Notes: a model not told the origin generated them from the sequence alone. Positions 27,029-38,203 are shown, counted from the whole stretch's first letter. The stretch is DNA of 62,759 nt, filler included, from Collodictyon triciliatum (GCA_043381765.1; 10 parts of 10 records of this genome joined end to end with filler, not necessarily neighbours in it); one strand, 5' to 3'. Made by a program: numbers and translations.

Positions 27029-27059
<31 letters not shown>

Positions 27060-27436
27060 TTGTTTTTTTTGTTTTTTTTGTTTTTTTGTTTTTTNNNNNN
27101 NNNNNNNNNNNNNNNNNNNNNNNNNNNNNNNNNNNNNNTTAATTAATTAANNNNNNNNNNNNNNNNNNNNNNNNNNNNNNNNNNNNNNNNNNNNAAAAAC
27201 AAAAAACAAAAAACAAAAAACAAAAAACAAAAAACAAAAAACAAAAAACAAAAAACAAAAAACAAAAAACAAAAAACAAAAAACAAAAAAAAACCTTTCG
27301 TTTCCACTACTTAGCCTTTTTATTCAGTATCACAACTCAGGCAAGAAATCCTTTCTTTTCCAAATATTTTTTCGAAACTAACATTCATTTTCACCATTTG
27401 ATGCAAGCCTCACAACGAAAACAGCCTAGCTGAGCA

Positions 27437-30400
27437 ATGGAAATCGAGTGCAACTGTCCCGGTTGTGGGGAAACCTTTGCCGATCCGCGCATTCTTCCCT
27501 GTAAGCACGTTTATTGCGTTAACTGCATCCAAAAGATGAGCAAAACGCCAGTCGATCTGCTCGACGCAAGCAAAGGGACAAAGTTGTGCTGCTTCATTTG
27601 TGAGGCTGTGTTTACACTCACGAATGGAAAACCAGATAGTCTGCCGCAGGCTGAGGAATATTTAGGCCATGTTGAGACATATAAAAATGCGGCAACGTTT
27701 GTGAGCTTCAAATGCGAAGAGCATGCAGAAAAAGAGGCAGTCAAGAGATGCCTGAGCGGATGCGGCCACATTTGCCAGGATTGTGTCTCTGCTCATGGAA
27801 CCTTGAGAATATTAAAAAGTCACCAACTTGAGTACGTCATTATCCATTTTACTTTCAATTTGCCAAATTAAAATAGGAAAAACATACCTGCAATCTGCAT
27901 GTAATTTGAATATTACATCTTTTCATTTACCTTTTCCATCTGTAAAGGGATATCGACAAAACAAGGCCTATGATTTTTGAGAGTGTCTGTTCGAAGCACG
28001 CACGACCTTTTAAAGATGTTTGTGGCAAGCTCACAGAAAACCCCTTCATGTGTGATACGTGCACTGGGAGTCACTTCAAAGAACTAGGCATTCACGAACA
28101 TGACAGCTATGAAGCTGGCACAAAGAAATTCTGTGACTCTCTCCAAGAAAACAAGATCAAAATCGTAAAAACCGGTGACTTGATCAAAGAAAGTGAAAAA
28201 AGCGTCGGGGAAAAGCGCAAAGAGGTATCCATCACAAATAATATTCGTACTTTTACAATGCAAACATGAAACCTCATTGTCTCTTTGGTAATAAATCAGA
28301 TTGAAAATTATATCTCGGAACTGAAGAAAGAAGCGTCGAGCGAGTTCGAAAAAGCAAAGAAGGCTCTTGCCGAAGAGGAAAGGCGATTCATGGAGAAGGT
28401 TCATATTTTTAAGACTGTCGATTTTATCTTTGAAATACTAGAGTGTTCCGTAATTCATTTATATAAGATTTTCCACCCTTTCTGTCTCATTTAGATTGAC
28501 CGATTTAAAAAATCCATTCTGGGGCCATATGTTGCACTCGGGGATTTCTTGGAAACGTTCAAAGTGCATCTGGCGTATTCATCAAAGTTTATTGACGAGT
28601 CTATGGTTGTGTTCACAAAAGATAAGTCACCTCTTAAGCTACCAGCTGCAAAGCGCATTTCAGACTGTGTATTGCAGAAAAGAATAGTGCAAATTCCTAA
28701 AGAAACCCAAGTTTTCTCCGAGAAAATCCCAACGTTGGTTCTTTTTCCAAAAGAATCTTCTGAAGTCGAGTCTGTGCCAATACCTCAACAACTAGGCACC
28801 TTAACTGTACACAGACCGACTGAAAAGACTCTCAATCCAAGCGCACCAGCACAGTCCATCCAACCAGCCAAATCAACACCAGTGGCCGTTCCAGTCAAAG
28901 AAACTCCAAAAGAATCTGTAACAACCGAAATGAACCGAGTGATTGACCAGATTGGAGGGTCAACAGCTGCAATCAACCAAAAGAAATCAACGGGATGCCC
29001 AGAGTATAGCGCATTGGGACAGCAGATGGACGAGCTACAAACTTTAATGCAACAGACCGAATTCAAAGAAGCGCCAAAGAAAGAGATCGGCGGCATTTTC
29101 GACAAAGTTTTCGAAGTAATCAAAAAGGTATGGTTCAATTCAAATGAATAGCTCTCCAAAATGAATGTTATGCTTTTTTTCTTACACCCTCAATTTCTTA
29201 TCAAGGACGTAAGTTTGGCATCTTTCTAAAATATTATGTGAATCAGCCCATATTTTCTAATCTTGTCAAATTATATTAGTTGGTGAGTATATTTAATACG
29301 TTAAATGCATTAAAAGAAATAAATAGTGTGACTGAATCTATATAATTTTTCTTTAAACCTTTCAGTTCTGATAACATTTTTGTTTGTATCGATTTCAGGT
29401 GACGTTTATTTTCAATTCATCGTTATTATGATTTATTTGAATTAAAAATTGAAATATAAGTACCAAATTTTCTTCGCTAAAAATTATTTATTATCGTAGA
29501 AAGTAAGTTTTTTTTTTTTACTTGAAAGAATAATTACACTTAAATCATAAGGAAAATATATATTGTTTATGTAAATTATGAATATGAGTATGAAATATGG
29601 CTTTTGAGTATTTTAACTGGCAGATAAGAAAACATCAAAATTTAACATATCGCTTAATGTTACTTATTTGTGTTTTAAATAATAGTATGTAATTTTATAT
29701 CGTTCTTGAATGATACTCTTGTATGAAAAAGACAAAAAAAAATACACTTTTTATGTTTATATATTATGGCCATGATAAAAGGATACGTGTGTTCAACAGA
29801 CACCCACAAATTCGCAATAATAAAACAGTATTTATATGATTTCTATGAATTATTTGTGTATAATGATAGGATGTAAGTTTTTATTATTTATCAATGATAC
29901 TGAATTATTAAAATGAGAAGAAGTGTACATTTGTTTATGTAACTATATGATGGATATGATTAAAGGAAATAGTTGTTCAACAGACACATACGAATTCGCC
30001 ATTATAAAACAATATTTATATGATTTCTGTTACTTATTTGTGTAAAATCATAGTCTGTAAGTTTTCTTGTTCTCGAATGACACTCTATTATGAGAATGAC
30101 AAAAAAGAAGCATACATTTGTTTTTATTAATATGTGATGGATATGATAAAAGGAAATGTGTGTCCAACAGACACATACGAATTCACAATAACACAATATT
30201 TATATGATTTCTGTGACTTGTTTGTGTAAAATCATAGTATGTAAGTTTTTATTGTTCTTGAATGATAATCTATTCTGAAAATGACAAGAAATAAGCATGC
30301 ATTTGTTAATGTATATATGTGATGACTATGATAAAAAAAATTATATCGGTGTTCAACAGACACACGCGAATTCACAATAACACAATATTTATATGATTTA

Positions 30401-33400
30401 TGTTACTTATTTATGTAAAATCATAGGCTGTAAGTTCTTTTAATTCTTGAATGATACTATAATCTGAAAATGACAAGAAATAAGCATGCATTTGTGTTTA
30501 TTCATATGTAATGGCTATGATTAAAGGAAATGTGTGTTCAACAGACGTACACGAATTCGCAATAACACAATATTTATATGATTTATGTTACTTATTTATG
30601 TAAAATCATAGGTGGTAAGTTTTTATTATTCATGAATGATACTATATTATGAGAAAAAGACAAAAAATACACTTTTTATGTAAATATATGATGACTTTGA
30701 TAAAAAAAATTATATCGGTGTTCAACAGACACACGCGAATTCACAACAAATCAATATTTGTATAACTTCTGTGACTTATTTGTGTATGAATAATAGTTCG
30801 TAATTTTTTATTATTCTTGAATGATAATCTATTATGAAAATGACAAGAAAGAAGCATATATTTGTTTATGTAAATATGGAATGAATATGATAAAAGGAAA
30901 TGTGTGTCCAACAGACATACACTTATTCGCAATAATACAATATTTATATGATTTCTGTTACTTATTTGTGTAAAATCATAGCGAGTAAGTTCTAATTACA
31001 TAGGAATGATAATCTATTGAGAATGACAAAGAAATAAGCATACATTTGTTTATGTAAATATGTGATGGCTATCATTAAAGGATATGTGCGTTCAACAGAC
31101 ACATACGAATTCACAATAACACAATATTTATATGATTTCTGTGACTTATTTGTGTAAAATCATAGTATGTAAGTTCTTATTATTCTTGAATGACAATCTA
31201 TTATGAAAATGACTAGAAATAAGCATACATTTGTTTATGTAAATATGTGATGGCTATGATTAAAGGAAATGTGTGTTCAATAGACACAAACGAATTCACA
31301 AAAAACAATATTTATATGATTTATTTGACTTATTTGTGTAAAATCATAGTCTGTAAGTTCTTATTGTTCTTGAATGATTATCTATTGTGAAAATGACAAG
31401 AAGAAAGCATATATTTGTTTATGTATATACGTAATGGATACGATAAAAGGATATGTGCGTTCAACAGACACATACGAATTAACAATAATACAATATTTAT
31501 ATGATTTCTGCTACTCATTTGGGTATAATCATAGGGAGTAAGTTTTTATTGTTCTTGAATGATAATCTATTCTGAAAATGACAAAGAAATAAGCATACAT
31601 TTGTTAATGTAAATATATGATGACTTTGATAAAAAAAAATTATATCGGTGTTCAACAGACACACGCGAATTCACAACAAATCAATATTTGTATAACTTCT
31701 GTGACTTATTTGTGTATAATCATAGGCTGTAAGTTCTTTTAATTCTTGAATGATACTATTTTCTAAAAATGACAAGAAATAAGCATACATTTGTTTATGT
31801 ATACATGTGATGACTATGATAAAAGGAAATGTGTGTTCAATAGACACAAACGAATTCACAAAAAACAATATTTATATGATTTATTTGACTTATTTGTGTA
31901 AAATCATAGCCTGTAAGTTTTTACTATTCTTGAATGACAATCTATTATGAGAATGACAAGAAATAAGCATACAATTGTTTATGTAAATATGTGATGACCA
32001 TGATAAAAGGATATGTGTGTTCAACAGACACATACGAATTAACAATAATACAATATTCATATGATTTTTTTACTTATTTGTGTGTAATCATAGAGAGTGA
32101 GCTTTTACTGTTCTTGAATGATACTGTATTCTGAGAGTGACAAGAAATAAGCATGCATTTGTTTATGTAAATATGTGATGGATATGATAAAAGGAAATGT
32201 GTCTTCAACAGACACACACGAATTCACAATAACACAATATTTATATGATTTCTGTTACTTATTTGTGTAAAATCATAGTCTGTAAGTTTTTATTGTTCTT
32301 GAATCATACTGTATTATGAAAATTACAAGAAATAAGCATATATTTGTTTTTATAAATTTGTGGTGGCTATGATAAAAGGATATGTGTGTTCAACAGACAC
32401 ACGAATTCGCAATGATACAATATTCATATGATTTCTGTTACTTATATGTGTAAAATCATAGTCTGTAAGTTTTTATTGTTCTTGAATCATACTGTATTAT
32501 GAAAATTACAAGAAATAAGCATATATTTGTTCATGTAAATATGTGATGGCTATGATTAAAGGAAATGTGTTCAACAGACACATACGAATTCACAATAACA
32601 CAATATTTATATGATTTCTGTTACTTCTTTGTGTATAATCATAGGGAGTGAGTTTTTACTATGTTTGAAGGTTACATGGTGTGGTATATTTTTTCAAGGA
32701 ATTGGAGCTCACCAGTTATGAATTGAAACCGCGAATATCTGGTTGATTTATATGATAGTTAAAATACGATTATATTTTTATTCCAATCTCAATCCAAGTT
32801 TGTAAGTTTTTTCTGCAAATGTCACAATCATACAATTTCATGCATTTTAATTTCGTTCAAGAGCTGATATTAATTTTTGTTTAATCTTATCCTGGATGGC
32901 TATTTCAGAGTGTGAGTTTGAAGTCAATATAGATTTCATAAACACAATAGTTAGAAGTATGTTTAATTCTCAACCAATTAAGAAAATTAAAAATTCAAAC
33001 ATCATTTACGCAGAAACCAGCGGATGTAATTTGGCAATATAAATTTGGAAGACGTATATTGATATTATATTATTCACCTTACTAAACACATATTCATACT
33101 TAGCTGGTAACTAAAAGAGAAATGATTTTTATCATTCATAATTTTCAAACTATATCAGCTGAATTATGTTAAATTAATTATAGGATATGGTAAGTCAGAT
33201 TCTATATCGTTTGTTTACCCCAAAAGAACAAATCGTATTTTAAATTAATTTTCATTTTCAATCTTCGATAAAATTTTAGAATATCGTGAGTTTTCAACAC
33301 TGATTGTATTTAATATTATCTCTAAAAAACAAGTTTTGATTGTTTATTTACAAATTTCACGTATGATTATGATTTTTTAATCAGAATGTAAAAATTCAAT

Positions 33401-33847
33401 TTTATTAGAATCTTATTTCAAAACATCAGTAACCATATTCTTAATTCTAATTTTAATCACTAAATTATAAAGGAAGTATGATTGTTCAATAATTTGATTC
33501 ATAATTGAAAATACCTGTTTGCTTAATCAACCATTTGTGAAAAGGGAGTAATTCTTTTGATATTTTGAATATTATTCAATAAAATGAAAAATAATATTAT
33601 ATGCATTTTATTTATCTTAAAATCAGGATGTAAGATAACAGAATCGAAAAGAATATTTATTTTGTAGAACTGTTTATATTAACATTAAATAATTCACCAA
33701 CAGAAAGTAATTTGTCAATAGATAGAAAATTGATAGAAATTCTTTCTACTCACACATTTTTGTAAGCTGGCTGTAAGAATGATGGATTGAAATCAAACAC
33801 AAATAAAAATCCATAATATTAAGCACTTCTTTCTCTAGCTTCAGCTG
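27437..33847 (+). CDS. TRIM-like E3 ligase: C3HC4 RING, B-box(es), coiled coil, linker, then a C-terminal domain encoded by ~33 micro-exons (3' end truncated at contig end)
   Basis: RING CPGC...LPCKHVYCVNC...CFIC; B-box CEEHAEKEAVKRCLSGCGHICQDCVSAH; second B-box-like CSKH...CDTC; coiled coil. Ordinary introns at 27832-27947, ~28225-28299 and ~28399-28494. The phase-0 donor AAG|GTATGG at 29127/29128 leads into the micro-exon chain. Confidence 0.85.
29206..33847 (+). CDS. Chain of ~33 micro-exons (mostly 3 nt = one codon)
   Basis: Each is AG|exon|GT. Start positions: 29206 GAC, 29280 TTG, 29500 AAA, 29686 TAT, 29870 GAT, 30054 TCT, 30238 TAT, 30427 GCT, 30612 GTG, 30797 TTC, 30982 CGA, 31166 TAT, 31350 TCT, 31535 GGA, 31726 GCT, 31910 CCT, 32094 AGA, 32279 TCT, 32462 TCT, 32645 GGA, 32799 TTT, 32909 AGT, 33014 AAACCAGCGGAT, 33104 CTG, 33184 GATATG, 33280 AATATC, 33385 AAT, 33473 GAA, 33545 GGA, 33627 GAT, 33704 AAA, 33767 CTGGCT, 33845 CTG (or 33839 CTTCAGCTG). 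All lengths are multiples of 3 and none contains a stop. Confidence 0.82.
29503..32647 (+). repeat. Tandem array of 17 homologous 180-188-nt introns (unit ~184 bp including the 3-nt exon)
   Basis: Recurring unit GTAAGTT...TTCTTGAATGA...GTTCAACAGACAC...GAATTC...TATATGATTT...ACTTATTTGTGTAAAATCATAG. The first copy (29503-29685) is the most diverged. Confidence 0.95.
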
Positions 33848-34249
33848 GTAAAATGGATAATAATAAAATCAAAAATTTCAGTACAGNNNNNNNNNNNNNN
33901 NNNNNNNNNNNNNNNNNNNNNNNNNNNNNNTTAATTAATTAANNNNNNNNNNNNNNNNNNNNNNNNNNNNNNNNNNNNNNNNNNNNTCTCTTTTCTTCTC
34001 TTCTCTTCTCTTCTCTTCTCTTCTCTTCTCTTCTCTTCTCTTCTCTTCTCTTCTCTTCTCTTCTCTTCTCTTCTCTTCTCTTCTCCTGCTTTTTTTTTAA
34101 ATAAATTCTATCGCTCTTTTATTAGCAGTCTTTTTGAGTGAGGCTGGAGGGTTGTCTCGCATCGTCTTTTTAATCGAAAAGTGGATGTGATAAGCTAGAG
34201 GCTGAACTAGACTCCTTAATTTTGAATTCTATCCCGTTGTATCTCATAG

Positions 34250-35851
34250 GAAAGTTGAATGGGCCAGAGAGCGGGCGAAACAACATGGATACAAAGCATA
34301 CATCGACATCTTTGAGTTTGTGCTATGCGGAAAGACCGCATTCCCCTCATATGTCTATTACCGTGATGCATACATTTACATATGCATAATATCTTTCGTC
34401 ATTAAAATAAAAAAGCGGTGTTGTCTTTTAGGAAATACTTTATCCCACCTGACCCAAATAAAAGGTCTGCAACTCCGAACACATCCTTTCTTGGTAATTT
34501 ATTGAAAGATACTGTAAGTTATAATAGATATCAGATGGAGAAACAAAATGAGGAGGCAGAGAGAACAGAACGGTTCGATGTTTTTCATCATCAATATGCC
34601 AGATTATGCTTTATTTTTTTTTTGTTAAAATTGATAGAAACAAAAAAAATTACTACAGGGAATGTTTTCGAAAACTTAAGCAGCTTGAAGATATGATGAG
34701 GTTTTTTCTTTTTTGAGAATAAAAAAGATAGAGAGAGAAATTCGAAACACATAGTTTAAAATCTTTGGCGATATATTCAGTTTTTTTACCGTGTTTTAAT
34801 TTTCTTCGTATCCTTAACATTATCTGTTTTTATTGGTTTTATATCTCTCTTTAAAAAAATTGATTTATATCCCTTTCTTTTTACGCAAATTTTCTCCTTT
34901 ATTCGATTCTTTTTACGTGTATTCACCACTTCTTACTCTTCTATTCACATTCACAACCCATATTATTATTCTCCCTAATCGTCCAACTACATCACGAAAC
35001 CATTAACATACAGAATGAACCGCCGTTTAATGAATCCGACTCCTCAGCATCGCCATGAATACAGGAGTGAAGGAGCGTCAAATGCACCATCTAGATGGGA
35101 ACTTAAGCGCAGCCCATCTCCCAGCAGCCAAAAAAAAGTGGACAAGGCCACACTCAAGAAAAAAGTTAGCGCATCTCCACCAAGAAAAGCAAGGGAAGTA
35201 TTCAAGTCAAGACCGCAGGACAAGTCAGATACCCATTCGCATTCCACAAACAGCTCATCAGATGGCGCAAGCACACCATCCTCAGATTCCTGCTCTGATT
35301 CTGCTGATAGTGATTTTGGGCGAGGAGATTTTATCGGCCCGAGCGCACCTACACAACACAACGAGATGGGCACGATTCAACAGAGGGTGATTGGACCCGA
35401 ATGCAAACCAGGCGAGATGCAATCAAGGCAGAGAGGTGAATCAAAGAAAGAATTTACTAGACCCGTCATCGCAAAGGTAGTCAAAGGCCGCGGGATGGTT
35501 GGCAGGTCTCGGATGGATGGGTACTTTGAAGATTTGGACGAGGTTATGGACGAAAATCACCCCCGACGAATTGAAATGGGTCGCAAACTACTGCTTGCCT
35601 ACCAGACGCCAAAGAAAGAGCGCCAAGACAGAAAGGAAGAAGAACAAGTCCACAAGAAAAAGAAAAATGGCTCCAGCGAAGAGGGCGAATGCCCGTCAGA
35701 GGACTCAGAGGAAAGGAGAAAGCGGCGTAAGAAAAGGAAGGAAGAAAAGAAGCTTAAGAAAAAGATAAAGAAAGAGCACAAAAGGGAGAAGCGCAGACTC
35801 AAAAAACTGAAGGAGAAAGAGTCCAAGGAAGACGGAATTAGTTCGGAGTAA
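34250..35851 (+). CDS. Conserved uncharacterised eukaryotic protein with basic/acidic C-terminus (spliced; 5' end uncertain)
   Basis: Exons read KVEWARERAKQHGYKAYIDIF, KYFIPPDPNKRSATPNTSFLGNLLKDTVSYN and ORF 35015-35851 with KGRGMVGRSRMDGYF and a Lys-rich tail. They resemble PNxRFL and RGRGxxGSRMD motifs I recall from uncharacterised plant/fungal proteins (not verified). Confidence 0.55.
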
Positions 35852-35931
35852 CCCAGTTTTCAGTGGGAGGGCAGAAATATGGTTACCAGCAAAAGCGACT
35901 CTCTTCTTTTCATCTTTACTAAAAAAAGCTT

Positions 35932-36015
<84 letters not shown>

Positions 36016-37111
36016 TCAAGAAAAATAAGGAAAGAGCGGAATATGTTATTGTTTGGAAATAAAGTTATTAGAAAATCACCAAAACACAATATTAAATAAT
36101 TTATTATTATTAGTATTATAAGTATTATTATTATTATTATTATTTTATTATTATTTTATTATTATTTTATTATTATTTTATTATTATTTTATTATTATTT
36201 TATTATTATTTTATTATTATTTTATTATTATTTTGTTATTATTTTATTATTATTTTATTATTATTTTATTATTATTTTATTATTATTATTCCTACTAGTG
36301 GATTCCTCATCGAAAACAAAAGTCTTTGTTTAATATTATGGGAAATACCGACCGGTTATTATACTTTAATTGTATTAAACCAATTCGTAGCGATATAATG
36401 AATATTTTTGTATCATGCGGCATAGGCCTCATTACAGTGCTACATTGTCGTATAGTAATATTATGAGAAACAAGTGTGGGGCGATAGCAGTATAAAACAT
36501 ATGCCAAATAAGCCTTGGAAATGGAGTTTTTCAGCAATCATATACCGCTACCAAAAAAATCTTTCAAAGTTTGCTCGATTAATACGAGAAAAAGTAGGAA
36601 AAAAGGGGAAAAAAAGGAGAAAGAACCAGGTGTGATAACGCGGGGTGACTGGAGAATGGCAATCAACCCCACGCAATCAAAGCGGGCCTAACCGTACAAG
36701 TGCAAAAAACACACAATGTACAATACATATAATTACTATTTTTCAAAGTTCTTTTCTATATACAAGCAGAATACCTTCAACAAAATACCGATATCCGCTT
36801 AACAAAACTATTTTAATTGTGGCGGGGGCTATGAAAAGTTATTTCATTCTCTCTCACATATAGTCATGTTAAACCTATGAAGATACTTAAATTCATACGA
36901 TACTCTGTCACATTAATTTTTTCATAGCAGCGATTAATTTATTCAAAAACCAAAGTTCTCAGCACTCCTGTAAAAATGAAAGTGAAAAAAAAAAGCGAGA
37001 CCATTTTTCTTTCATGAGAGAAAAACAGAATACATCTTTTTCTCCATAATATGGCAGGATAGTCCACAAAATAAAGAAATGGCGTAAGAGTGATGAAAGA
37101 GCTTAGGAAAG

Positions 37112-38203
37112 TTATGGACTTTGATTTGGGAATATCATTTTCTTCAGCTCCCCATAGGCTTCATCCAAGACATCGTTAACAATCACTTTGTCAAACAAAC
37201 CGGGCTCCTTGGATTGCTCAATCTCGCTAAAGGCATTTTTCAATCGACGCTGAATGGCATCTTCTTTTTCAGTCCCTCGTCCTCTAAGTCTCTCTTCAAG
37301 TACTTGAATGCTCGGTGGTTCGATGAACAGCAATAATTTCTCAAAGTTTGTGTCTCTCTTCACTTGTCGACAGCCTTTCACGTCAATATCCAAGATGCAA
37401 TCCCTTCCGGAGCTCTTTGATTATTATTATTTTTTTTAAAAAAAACCCATTACATAGAAATATTTGAATAAAATTAAAATTGATATAGGATACACAATGA
37501 TGATGTAAAAAGGCAGAGAGAGAAGCGAAATCATTGTGGGGCAAAAAAAAAAAAAAGTAAACAATGAGTCTCAAAACATATCAGTGTTCTTCGGACAACC
37601 AACATGAACTTTTTGAACTGCAGCTCTGCTTGTTCCGTACAGGTTGCCATGTACTTCAGCGTGCTCGACAAAAAGTCCCATCCCAATCTCTCGCTGACAA
37701 TTTATATTTTAAATTGATGATTATTTTTTTTAAAAAAAAAAAGAAGCAATTACAGCATTTGACTGTATCCCTATTCAAGCATCTTATTCGATATCTACAT
37801 ATTCCAATAAATGAACCAATTGTTCGTTGGTCACCTCAATATCTGTCTTATTTGAAAAGTTATAATCGATTCCATGTTGTTCTCCTTCACGTGGTTCTCG
37901 TGTTGTATGGCTCACCTTTGAATAATTTTTTTAAAAAGTGTTTGTTTGTTTGTTTGTTTGTTTGTTTGTTTGTTTGTTTGTTTGTTTGTTTGTTTGTTTG
38001 TTTGTTTGTTTGTTTGTTTGTTTGTTTGTTTGTTTGTTGTTGTTTTTTTTTGGTGAAAAACATGCATATTTCAAACTGAAAAGAAAAAACACCGAGAAAC
38101 CGAATGAATTCGGAAATTCAGCTTTCAATTTTTTGATTAAAACACTCTTTCCAACACCCGATGGCCCAGCAAGGATAATCAGTCTGGGTTTCCTCTCTAC
38201 CAT
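37112..38203 (-). CDS. GUK1: Guanylate kinase (4 exons)
   Basis: P-loop [101 protein letters not shown]. Confidence 0.95.

Noticed and set aside
28225-28299. U12-type intron suggested by donor GTATCC
   Set aside because: It continues GTATCCAT rather than GTATCCTT, and no TCCTTAAC-type branch site is visible.
20686-29151. Cluster of two divergent E3 ligases (RNF123 and TRIM-like)
   Set aside because: They lie on different contigs separated by the linker at 27095-27194.
30241-32644. Tandem box C/D snoRNA array (GTGATGA and CTGA seen in some units)
   Set aside because: The boxes are not conserved across units (CTGA is often ATGA; TGATGA is often TGATGG) and are not arranged as a terminal C...D pair.
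29503-32647. Centromeric or nucleosome-length satellite (~184-bp unit)
   Set aside because: The array is short and intragenic. Each unit is bounded by invariant GT...AG around an in-frame variable triplet, and the same exon pattern continues beyond the repeat.
29503-32647. CRISPR array
   Set aside because: The context is eukaryotic with no cas genes. The repeats are ~181 nt and the 'spacers' are 3 nt, incompatible with CRISPR geometry.
32951-32956. Extra 6-nt exon TTAGAA (AATAG|TTAGAA|GTATGT)
   Set aside because: It would need a 39-nt upstream intron, much shorter than the others. It is left out of the model but is frame-neutral and cannot be fully excluded.
29133-33189. Alternative +1 reading of the micro-exons (NMILMLCSDILELLDLL...) using a phase-2 donor at 29133
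   Set aside because: It ends in TGA while the exon chain continues, and it needs a weaker donor. Its openness is explained by T-ending codons in the phase-0 frame.
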